Source: Tubiluchus corallicola
Lineage: Eukaryota; Animalia; Priapulida
Reading direction: 5' to 3'
Length of the DNA stretch: 64,000 nucleotides
NCBI GenBank assembly: GCA_030141605.1
Contig: JAQGDQ010000579.1
Span: 1-64,000, forward strand
The position numbers were made by a program, and so were the translations under genes. Below, piece by piece: positions 52,680 to 64,000 of this stretch (positions are counted from its first letter, which is position 1; every line of letters starts with the position of its first letter). The notes beneath the pieces are model-generated. The model was not told the origin of the DNA. It worked only from the letters and a program-made list of their open reading frames with translations, and did not search any database.

Positions 52680-53310
52680 AATAATAATAATAAACGCTTT
52701 ATTTCACAAACATAAACATAAGTACAGTTATCAAATCACAAACTTAAAGAAACAACGCATACAGGAACACGTCCCTACAAATACAGGGCTCTTTTTAGGC
52801 AAAGTTGATTAAAAAGTACAATAATTTTCAACAAACACATTTACATCTATATCACCCTGCTGATTGAATGCATTAATTCTTAGCAAAATTAATTCGCGTC
52901 TCTTAATTTAGAATCACGTAATGTTGAAATTTTATGCACATAGTTAATCAACAATTTCTTAACTTCCACATCTCCAGTTTTGTTTAAAAATATAAACTTA
53001 TCGATATCACACATGGATGAGAATTCTGGAAAAATATCTGATATTTGATTTAAGAACTCATTCCTTTCTTGACAATAAACATTGCCCTGCATACTAAAGT
53101 GAAATTCATCTTCTGTGCTGCCATTCTTACATAAAGTACATTTTCTCATATCAACAGGAGTTTTAGGTCAGGTATATGGACCAGGCTCAGTTTGCAATCT
53201 ATACGCGCTAACGCGGAATTTTTTGTAACTTCCCTTATGTGCTCTAAGAACACCAGTAATCAGAAGATGATTTCCAAATTCATACTCAGACTTGAACAGT
53301 CTATACGTCC
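52680..53310 (-). mobile_element. Decayed LINE ORF2 C-terminus and 3' UTR
   Basis: RKCTLCKNGSTEDEFHF..Y..ER zinc-knuckle-like C-terminus typical of non-LTR ORF2; aataaa plus (tta)n tail near 52680. Confidence 0.7.
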
Positions 53311-53462
53311 ATGATAACTATCATAAAAAAATCCAGAATAATCCTAAGTTAAGAACAAGTTAAAAAAAGCCTAAAACCATACACCTTCCGTATAAGAAAC
53401 GTTCATTTTACACACACTAAATCGAGATGGCTCAACTGCTGCTTCTCTTATAATGAATGTCA

Positions 53463-53744
53463 ACCTTGTCCGGAAGGACTGGGTAACCCGATAAACCTCC
53501 TCCGTGCTAGGGATAGACAATTGCAATTATTTCCCTTGAACGAGGAATTCCCAGTAAGCGCGAGTCATAATCTCGTGTTGATTACCTCCCTGCCCTTTGT
53601 ACGCACCGCCCTTTGTACGCTACTACCGATTGAATGATTTAGCGAGGTCTTCGGACCGGTCCCGACGAGAGGGGCAACATTGGCGCCGGCGTCGCTGGGA
53701 AGATGACCAAACTTGATCATTTAGAGGAAGTAAAAGTCGTAACA
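53463..53744 (+). pseudogene. 18S rRNA 3'-region fragment (rDNA pseudogene)
   Basis: gaacgaggaattcccagtaagcgcgagtcat, ccctgccctttgtac, aaacttgatcatttagaggaagtaaaagtcgtaaca; substitutions and a small internal duplication in normally invariant positions. Confidence 0.93.
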
Positions 53745-53745
53745 G

Positions 53746-54430
53746 TCCATCACGCGGCTGTCTTGTGCACTCTTTGCTGTCAAGTACTGTACAAGTCTTA
53801 CAATTTTACCTCTTGTGTTTCAAGCATTACATAATAATGCCCCGCAGTACATCTTTCTTTAAGTCATTCTTTATCTTATAGGCTAAGATCCAACGAAAGA
53901 CTTTTTATTGTACCACCCTGTACATAAACTTAGCATGGTTGAAAACCGGTCTTTTACATTTAGTAGTCTCCGTGTGTGGAATTCCCTCCCACGCGAAATC
54001 ATGCATTGCGAAAATTTTTGAAAAGTTTAGACATCTTTCAAAGACGCACTTATTGACGCAAGCGTGCAACTGAATACAGTTTTGGAATCTGAATGAATTT
54101 CATTGTTGCCCACTAATTAAAGTACATGTATTTTCTTTACTCCGGATTACTTGATTATATAGCAAATGCCATAATTTCAAAATTATTAATGTTTCCTAAA
54201 TTAAACTGATAACATTAATGCCCACCAGTGTCTAAAAATCATTTTATCTATATTTGGTAAAGGATAGCAGACTAGGTGACTTTATAGTCTTTTCGTTATC
54301 CTTTCTCTAGTTCTAGATCTATCTATACATTTTAACCATTTTTCAAAACTTATTACCGATTCTTTTATTAATCAGGTTTTATTGTAGTGTTATAAAGAGA
54401 TAAATAAATTAAAATTGGATTGAATTGATT
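53746..54430 (+). mobile_element. 5'-truncated, decayed L2-clade LINE 3' end
   Basis: Broken translation ..LVFQALHNNAPQYI..RLRS..NRSFTFSSLRVWNSLPREI..KTHL matches the L2 ORF2 C-terminal pattern; aataaa and (ttgaa)-like tail. Confidence 0.72.
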
Positions 54431-54552
54431 GTTATCATTGGGACTGAGATGTGCAGAATTTTGCTGTGATTCTCACATTTCATAATGCAGTTTAATATAA
54501 TAAAATAAAAAATAATAATAATTTCTTCCAAACGGCATAACTATTCTATAAA

Positions 54553-54899
54553 CGCGGCTGTGGAGTCGGTACATTAATCTCCTGACTCTGGCTCCGACTC
54601 CTAGAATTTTAGAAGATCCAACTCCAACTCCTAAAATTTTAGGAGCCTAAACTCCCGCCTCCAACTCCTGCCTTTAAGTAACAGTTTGTAGTATTCTCAA
54701 TATTTAGCTACAGTGGCATTTCATCACTACTTCTTATGCTTGAAAAAGTGTCTAGCTGCGAAAGCGTCCCAAAATGGACGTGTAACAGTAAGTGTACTCC
54801 CGAGTCCCGACTGCGATTCCAAAACCCTAAATTTAGACAACTCTGACTATGACTCCTTTAGCAGTAAATTTACTGCCGACTCCGATTCCACAGCCCCAG
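54553..54899. mobile_element. hAT-like MITE with (ctccga) subterminal repeats
   Basis: ggctgtggagtcgg ... ccgattccacagcc inverted termini. Confidence 0.65.
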
Positions 54900-55429
54900 A
54901 ATAAGTTTTTGCTGTATTTTGATCTTACTTAATTTTTCTTGTGAACTTTTGTATTACTTAGCTGCTTTTAATCGTCACTGTAATACTAGCTTCATGTATT
55001 TTCGTCTGCACAGCGTTCAAGCACTTATTCATAGAGATTTTGCGCTATACAAAAATAAATAAACTTGAAACTTACATTAAGGTAGGTGCTACTTAAGGGA
55101 ATCTGCTGATCTCAGCAATTCAAGCGTATATTTACAGTTTCACTTACGCTCGTAAATGAAAGTGTTTTTGTTTGACCCTGGATAGTCTTGTGCAAACAAA
55201 CTCGTCATTTCATCCCCAACGCGACCTGGTTATCCAATGAAAAGTGTTAAATTCAAGTTTGCTGCTGCGTTATTGTTTGGGCAAGTCTATAAGATTTCAA
55301 TAACACGGTGTTTAAACGTCATTTATTTTAGGCGTGGGCCTACCAGCTAGCAGAAGTTCATTAACAAGTTTAGGAACCAAACCCTCTCACCTGAGTTAAG
55401 TGCCAATTTACCGTAGAAACGCATTTCAA

Positions 55430-55988
55430 AGCCAGAAACAAGTCACTCAGTACGTTGGGTTTATTTTACTGCTTATTTTAAACTTCGAAATTTGCAAAGA
55501 ACTGCCTATAAAGCATAAATTTAAAATATACTACCTCTGTGTCCAAATATTCAGGCGTAGTGGTTGCCGTCATTCACATGAAAATCATGTCGTAATTGGG
55601 AGACTTCGTGACTTTTCGTAAGCGCATCGTGGCTTTCCGTAAATGCGCGCTGCTTAAACTAATTCAAACTTCTGCAGTTTACCTGATGTTCCCGCAAAAA
55701 TATTACAAAATTAGCTATCTATTTTTTTATTTTTTTGTTAATATCACTATATTTTTGATGAAGATTGACAGCCAGCTACTTTTTTTCAAAATACGAATGA
55801 CGTCATTGGAAAAGAATGGGCATCGAAAATGGGAAGGCCCAAGCCAACCATGAAATGATCGCGACTTTAAAGTGATTTTATTAGTTACAGAAGACACTTG
55901 TTGCAGTATTATTACTAAATCCTTTTAACATTTTTCAAGAACATTGAAATAAGCCCTAACTTCCTGGAAAGCTTGACCTTTCCTTTAA
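55430..55988 (-). mobile_element. Family C copy
   Basis: Ends cttgacctttcct-ttaa; reverse complement of family C; left boundary approximate. Confidence 0.72.
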
Positions 55989-57085
55989 ATTTAAATCTGT
56001 AAAAATAATTTACACCAATTAATCCAATTCAACAGAAAAGCGGAAACTGCAAGTGCAAACCAAAAACAAACACATAGAAAAACGATCAGACGTGCCCTGC
56101 ATACAATGTTCAGCCATTCAAACTTTTTCTGTTGTTCAGACTGCCTGACAGCCCACAAAAAGTTAAAAGTACACAGTTCACGTAGGCTGAACAATGAAGC
56201 ATACCTGCACTCATAAACAAGTAACTAAATAAATGTTTAATTGGGTTAAATAAAATGTAATTACAAAAATGTAGATTATCATGCCAATAAAAAACCTAGC
56301 ATCACCCAGCTGAACAAATGAAGTGGTAATTTCAACACCTACAAACAATGCCTCTTCAAAATGAATTCATGTGAGACTTAACAGCCTACATACTCCCAAT
56401 GCAAGGGGATAATCAGAACAGTAGGGATTAGAGTTCCACCAGGTGACCTGCAAATAATTATGCTCTATTGTGTTCTAATGAAAAGACAGTGATTGAGCGA
56501 ACTGGTTTCTGTAGGAGATCCATGCAATCCATCCATCCAGTCTAGGAAAACGTCCAAAATTCAGCCACTGATCAAATGATACAAATATGCTATAGTCTTT
56601 CCACGCTAAGCCTACGATTTAAATTACAATGAGTTTTCAGCTTTATTGCTGCTCTTAACATCATGTATCACTATCATAGTTTTCAATGTAATTGTGCAGA
56701 TTTCAAATTCGTCTGATCTCGGCATTGTTTGCAGTTTTTAACAAGCTATCCATTTTTCATCACGTACTACACACAGTAATGTTTATTGTTTATTATGTGT
56801 CTACAATGAAGTATGTTGAAAGAATAAACGTGAAGCGATTCTAAATTATTTCCAGTTTCATTTGCTTTACAAAAAGTCATTGGCGTTACCACTTAGTGAA
56901 CGTACGTTTTAACTAACAAATTCCGTTACGATGAGCTCTAGCTTTGAACGAATTTCACCAGGGCTAATGTGCATTTCGAGCACAATTCGAACAAACTGAA
57001 ATGACATTAACTACTTAAATAAATTGGCAGTGTCATGCGGACAGCAAAAATGCTAAACTGACGCAAAATCGAAATCATAGCTTAC

Positions 57086-57137
57086 CGGTTAGCACCAAAG
57101 TCGTAAGTAACCAGCATAGGTGTATCCACAACACCAT
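57086..57137 (-). CDS. NCAM: NCAM/Fas2-like gene, coding exon 1 (signal peptide MVLWIHLCWLLTTLVLT-G)
   Basis: ATG in aaaacATGG context, 17 mostly hydrophobic codons, then G|gtaagc phase-1 donor. Joins exon 2 in frame to give ...VLTGA-QEVHITP, a plausible cleavage site. Linkage across 42.8 kb is inferred from phase and composition. Confidence 0.75.
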
Positions 57138-58834
57138 GTTTTTGGTTTTCCCTTCCACGAGCTTGTAAATAAAAACGATGCAGATTTTAGAAACACAATC
57201 AAAAACGCGCCCTATGCATCAAAACAGCCACTGTACAGTACTGTACCACTGTCGCTTCACCAACGGACCGTGTCACTTGGACGCGCACCTAAAAATCAAT
57301 GCGCGTACACGCCTTTCTGTTTTTGCTAAACAATGTCTGGCGAATGGATGCTTTTGGTATTGATTTTCGTATGAGCCCTCAAATAATACCGTATTTTAAA
57401 GTCCTGAGCTGCTAAAATTGCCTCTTGTGTTACTGAGTGCCTTTATTATGCGTGGGATACGTTACGTCTCGAGCAAATTGTTGGATGCTACAAAAGCTGA
57501 GGCGAATTAATCATACACCTGAGATCCGGCCCAGGCGGAAAATAGATACCTAGCGCCATCTCGTTCCAGCAATAACACACCCAAGCAAATTGCGCAAAAA
57601 GCCCCAGGCACAGACAAAAAATCAACTCATATGTTGAAAGAATTGAGTCATGACCCGATGACTAATAAAAGTGTTTCATTTTATTATGCCTTTATGTCGA
57701 CAAGTTTGCAACCTGAAAATTATGTAGTTAAGTAAGCCACGCTATGTTCAGTTAACTATTGCTATTAATTAACTAAATAAATTTGAAGTTCTAAATTTAC
57801 AGTACAAAAACTTGGACATGGATGATTGTTAACTTATAGCACAACGAGGTGTAAAAAATCCGTTTCGGTTAAGTTGAGGCCACTTAGCATCATTATCTTA
57901 TGACACAAGCAAAATGATTTATTGCTCTGAACATTTTTTCTTAGTAGAGGATTGGCGCTTTTAATGATTTGATATTGTCGTGTGTGTTGTAGTTTTAATG
58001 TATGTGGTGCATTAAATTGAATTTTTTATAAGAAAAGTCGATTTCCACCTTATCTTAGTAAATTACTGCTTCATTAGTTCCAGGAAAAACTAAGTATAGG
58101 CTACAGCAGACGTTAATTGCTCCCTCCCTATTCATGGAACCACTTTTGCGGTAACAGAGTGTAAAATTAATGTAGTATGTAAGAGTATTTGGTTTTATAA
58201 AATGAGCGTACAAATTAGATATCATCAAGATCTAGTACTTTTCTCTGAGTCAACTGAAACGTACAACAATAATTATAACAATTTTTTACGAAATTGAGGT
58301 GAAACAGAGATCTCCAAAGTTCTTTGCACTACTGCGCAGATAAGGTGTATGTACACAGTATCGGAAGACTTTGAGATCCTTTGCAGAATTTACGCATATA
58401 ATAAAGCGCTCTAAAGATTTTGACCTGTTAGTGCCATGTAGCGTGAGAATTCTAACTAAGTTGACTTGCTAGTGCCATCTAGCGCGAGAATTCTAACAAA
58501 TTGTTGTGATCAGCTGCGTTAAACAATTATTTTAATGTAGCTTAATTGAGTTGAAAAGTCAACAGACGGCGGGATATATAAACCCTGTGCGAAAGCATAA
58601 TTCTTTGCGAACCATGACCTGATTAGGGCAACGCCATTTTCAAATTAGTTTGGGTGTTTTGGACTGACAAAGCTGAAACTATCTTCAACCTGAGTTCGAC
58701 CATTTTTGGCACTTCAGTTGGGATGAAAAACGTGACCCTGATCAAAGAAGGGGGAAATGTCATCTATGTCAAGATCGCCTTAAACTGGGTTGGCTTCCAA
58801 AGAGACTCATATAAAATGTTACACGTATAAGTCA

Positions 58835-59400
58835 AACAGAATTAAGAACAATGTTTAAAATCCCAATTTTACAAGCACATAAAGACTTCTACACAATCCT
58901 GTTTTTATATAAATACATCAACAATATTAACACGCCCTTCATCAAAAATAAGCTTCTACTCCTCTTGGAGCCAACATTAAATCCAAGAACACACAATATT
59001 AGACAAATACGCACTAATAACAAATACGGCAACAATTCTATCACTAAACAAGGAGTTCAACATTGGAATACTCTGCAATCAAATTTAAAACTAAATTAAA
59101 AATACATACGTTAAATCGTTTTGAAAACCCAACATACGTAAACGGTAATATATAATCATCTACAAATTTTATTTATCCACGTCCATTTTAAATTATATGT
59201 ATATATTGTGTATAGTCTATTATAATTTGCGTGTAACATTATAATGTACATTTTTTAAATTTTTGGCATAGTAGTTTTTAGTTTACACTGGACGTATTTG
59301 CCTTTAACAGTTGTGTGAATTTTATTCTCATGCTGCGATGTTCTTTTATGCTTTTATAGTTGTGAATATTGATTTTTTAAGGCATATAAAGATTATTATA
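58835..59400 (+). mobile_element. Decayed CR1/L2-group LINE 3' end
   Basis: RTNNKYGNNSITKQGVQHWNTL resembles the YG..S....G...WN.LP C-terminal motif. Confidence 0.55.
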
Positions 59401-60986
59401 TATATATATAAATATAAAAATTGTCTGAAACTTTAAATGTGAAGTCTTTGTTCCTTGTTTATCCATAACTAATAAACAGCTATGCATCGAAGCCCTGAAA
59501 TTAATTTAAAAAATAGCTCATTTTCTTATTTTTAAATAATAAAATTACCCATCAATTCGAGTCCATATCATTCAAACTAACGTTCAATGTTGCTACATTA
59601 TGTGACTTTTGTCTAAATACAACAGAAACAGAACAGTCGACATGTTCAAAAATCATTTATTTTAAAAATAAGTTCAGCTGGTGCACCAAAGAAATTCTCT
59701 GATGGTCAGTATTAAGCAGAAGAAATTATACCAAAAATGATGCATTATTTCCAAAACGTAATGAAAATCAGCAAAAGTGACTAGGAAAATTATAATTCAA
59801 CGGTTCACAACTGCATAATTAGTAATAACATATTCTTTTAATTCTTTTTTGATGTTAACAAAATAAAATGAACGAAATTGTGTTTGATATCAATAGTAAC
59901 AATGGTTTTATTACAGAGTCACAGAGTGTAACAATAAGTTTCCTCTAAACTCTAATCTCTTACTTGACAAAGTCAAATAATCATAAGCCACCTTGCTTTT
60001 GATATCAAACAGGTCCAAACAGGATCATAATCGCGTAATATTAATTCAATCAATATTTGGAAAAACGAAAGACAGGTGTGATCAAACAAAAAAGGTGAAG
60101 TGTGAATGAATTAGTTTTGAAAACAATGTACTGTGTGATCTCTGACCTACATTTACTACAAAAATTTGCTGTAAATTGGATATCTCTGGTAGAATTCAGA
60201 AATCTTCCCTCCAAACACATTAAAAACGAAGAGAAAAACAGGAAATTGCCTAAAATGCCCTAATTTTAGTTGCACAAACAAGCGGTATCAATGAAACGAA
60301 ATAAAATTGCAACAACTTGGAACAGGATTGCATTGCGTTACATTGAATTGCCATCACAGAAACAACTAAACAACTGGAAGTTTTTAAAAAAACCGAAAAT
60401 TTGAGTTTTCTGTGCAAGCCATGATAAGCTTTTACTTAATCATAACAAATGAAATTTTGTTTACCATTTGTAAGCAGTTGTTCAGTAGCCATCATTAACA
60501 GTACACATAAATTAGATTCCTATGACTAACAATGAAGAAAAACTTCCGGTAACAGCACATAACTGAGATCATGCAGCAATTCTTAAATTTTAAGAAAATT
60601 ATGGATCCAAAAGCATTACTTATAAAGTGCTTGTTTTCGTTATTACCAAAGAAGTATCCCCACAAATAAGCCCACCTGGATGATTTTGGGATGCACAGTA
60701 CCTCCCCTCCCCCTCCCATCTCCCCCTCTGTGGTAATATACAGTTTAAGGAATGCACCAAAGCTTAAACTGAATATTGGCACAATATTACACTATAAATG
60801 CATCGAGGACGATAACTGATGGAGGAAATAATATTGTTGATATATCTGTTGTCGACTAAAATGTATTTGTTGCACAGTGGAAAACTCCAATCAGTAACAT
60901 TACATGTCAATACACTTAAAATAAATAGTTTACCCATATATGACTCCGCGGCTTGAAAATATGAAGTAATATGAAACAATTTCTAT

Positions 60987-61456
60987 CAAAACAGGCAGTA
61001 CTTTGAACTTCGTAGAAATTCAAAACAGGCAGTACTTTGAAATTTGTAGAAATTCAAAACAGGCAGTACTTTGAACAATGTAGAAATTCAAAACAGACAG
61101 TACTTTGAACAATGTAGAACTTGAAAACAGGCAGTACATTGAACTTTGTAGAAATTCAAAACAGGTAGTACTTTGAACTCTGTAAAAATTCAAAACAGGC
61201 AGTACATTGAACTTTGTAGAAATTCAAAACAGGCAGTACTTTGAACTCTGTAAAAATTCAAAACAGGCAGTACTTTGAACTCTGTGGAAATTCAAAACAG
61301 ACAGTCCTTTGAACTTTGTAGAAATTGAAAAGAGACAGTACTTTGAACTTTGTAGAAATTGAAAAGAGACAGTACTTTGAACTTTGTAGAAATTCAAAAC
61401 AGGCAGTACGTTGACTTACTGTAGAAATTCAAGAGGCAGTACTTTGAATTACTGTA
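60987..61456 (+). repeat. 34-bp minisatellite, about 14 units
   Basis: caaaacaggcagtactttgaactttgtagaaatt. Confidence 0.95.
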
Positions 61457-64000
61457 GCAGTTCCAACACTTGCAAAAGTACAAACAATGAATGAAAAATC
61501 CATCCTGATCTGCCAAACAAGATTGACACAGATAATAATCTATAAATTGTATCTCAAAATAAGTCTTAATTAATTTTCACACAAATTCGTTTCATTACAG
61601 AGGGTGTTACATGATTACAGAAGTGCTTTTTTACGTATTGTATTCCTTAGGAAAAGAACATTCTTAAACTCGTTATTCGAATCGTCCATAATGCATTCAT
61701 ACGAGATTCGAAGTAAATGACAAATACGAATAATTGATCGTATTTGCGATGCATTGAAGGCAGCAGCCGGTCAACAAAGTACTTCATTGTTACATTCTAA
61801 GTGCCCAGGAGAACTCTCTACTGTACACCTTTTCTCCGAGCACCAAGAAATGTGTCCAAACTTTGAACACGTTTTACTCAGAACCGATGCACAGCTGCTG
61901 CTGATTTGATTTTCTCAACGCTGCATAATTAGAATTTGAAAATCGTAAGAATTACGAATGTGACACTTTTTCAACTTCAAATCACTGCAGCCTCGAGAAT
62001 TAACACAGTACCCAAACGAGTAGACGGCAACTAGCTGGTACAGGTAGACGTACCAAGAAAGTGACTAGGTACAAAACGTCCACTTTGGTAGTAGTTGCGG
62101 TCTACAAACCAGTGAAAAACCAAAGCATCAAAATGAAGCTTCAGTTTTTAACCACCGATTTTTTGTACTCAAAGTTCTTAACATCGCTTAAGGAGACTCT
62201 ACTCCTACGATTCACCAAACTCGCCTCGAAGCAACGAAATCGTTCTTGCTCTTGACTTTACCCACCCAAGTCGTTAAATCATTCTCAAACACGAAAGTAG
62301 AAAGTCAGGCTTTTTGTCTGCGCACAGCCAGCCCTCTTATCTTCTAATACATTCAACTCCTGTTACTGGTACCAGTCTAAATATCGCATCAACACTTTGC
62401 TCTTTTCAGTGGGAAGCAGACAAACTGTCGCTAATTTACAACAGTTCTCATATACGGCAAACTAAAGCGGCAAAAACAACTTCGTTGCAAATTCACATGT
62501 TTCTAGTGTCCAATGCAAAAATCTTTTATTGACACCAAAGCTGTATAAACACAAGAAACTAGTTGAGGTTAGAAACACAAGGCATGCGAGATGACACGGT
62601 TCGACGAAAGAAGTGTCTGTCTGGCAATATTTTTTTGTTTTAAATATATTTTATGTAAACTGTGTACAAAGAAGACTAATGTCTGTGTTAAATTAACCAG
62701 TCAACCTCACTATGTTTAACATTATTCATTCACAAATCTGGTGTCAATAAAAAAACTGCGGAGTACCGAAACTAGACATGGAAACACTAAGACAGAATTG
62801 TGCTTTAGTACAATCTGTCATACACCACTTCACAATGAACTGATCTTAGATTTTGTGAAGCTTTTTTGTAACATCAAATCATATTTAATAAGCCAGACTC
62901 TTTTAAACATCGCAGACTAGATTCGGATGATGCCGCAGCAACAAGGGTGTCGTGCAGTACCTCACCAGAGACATCATAAGCAGATTTCACACAATCGATT
63001 TAAATGAGACTGGCCCGCTAAACATGAATTGTGACGGGAAGCTTTAGGCCAATAGAGCTGAAATCTTCCCTCCCCATTCGCCAACATTTCATGAAATGAC
63101 GATGACTAAAAATGAACAATATTTACAGGATGGCACAACTCACACACGACTGTCCATTCAGATTTCATATATCACACAGCCACCTTTTCTTTCCATTAAT
63201 CCTACGTACGATCAGCGAACTCACAATCCTCTCAATACGAACACGCATCAAACATCATGAACGTCGACAAATTCCAATGACAAGTAGTACAGCACAATAA
63301 TAATATGTACACACGACGGGAAGGGCTGCAAGATTGCTCGTTTTGCATTCCAATTCTTTAATTTTTTTGCACTTTAAAGAGCCTTCTTGATTCAATTAAA
63401 ACAGCAAAACTCTTGCAAAAGTAGCACCCACCATAGTCAACACTATACTACATGTCCAATACCAGCCACGTGTGAATTGGAAAAACATGAGCGTGAAACG
63501 ACAGCGCAAATGATATCAAAAATAGATTACAAAACTAGTCTATGATCTAGTAGCCCAATCATACAAGCCTGCGTGTGTAATATTTACACTATTTTACGTA
63601 AAATAGGAAATTTAGAATGCTGCACACAGCAGTATGATGACACAGTATTTGCTTGCGAATAAATTAAGTCGTTTTTTACATTTAATTTACTGAAACTCTG
63701 TTAAGTGGTGGAAATTAAGCTGTCAGCCATTTTTGCACCACAACATACACGCTGTTCATAATCAACAATTTCTTATCAATTCTGCGTCCATTAGTCAATT
63801 CCTTTACATTTGTTAAAAGTTCAAATCAATTCTACATCTCAAACATTCCTCATCAAGCCAAGTTATGCTAGTTGAAAAAAAATCAAAGTTGCTTGTGCGA
63901 GGAAAAAACGGCGACTGCACCATGACTGGGCTACTAGACTGTACACGATTCTCAGCAAAATGCGGCTTTTCGTTACCAAGCCGACGGCGGAGAAATGTAA

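Overview
AT-rich, repeat-dense animal genomic DNA (the 18S fragment looks lophotrochozoan-like; species not determined). The window holds the 5' part of a minus-strand NCAM/Fasciclin-2/apCAM-type Ig cell-adhesion gene. I reconstructed nine phase-compatible GT-AG coding exons by hand (1204 nt, 401 codons): a signal-peptide exon at 57086-57137, a ~42.8-kb first intron, and eight exons for Ig1-Ig4, each domain split over two exons. The gene continues past the left edge. The introns contain an uninterrupted LINE ORF1 with an SGNH esterase (1-1328, absent from the ORF track), a full-length 5S-headed SINE with TSDs and a headless sibling, a tRNA-derived SINE, an 18S rRNA fragment fused to an L2 3' end, a probable solo LTR, about 20 TTAA-flanked Kolobok-like MITEs in at least 4 families, other TIR MITEs, decayed LINE ends and many mini/microsatellites. 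Most ORF-track entries are spurious. No prokaryotic or CRISPR-type system is present. The isoform and circRNA ideas below are inferences that need RNA data.
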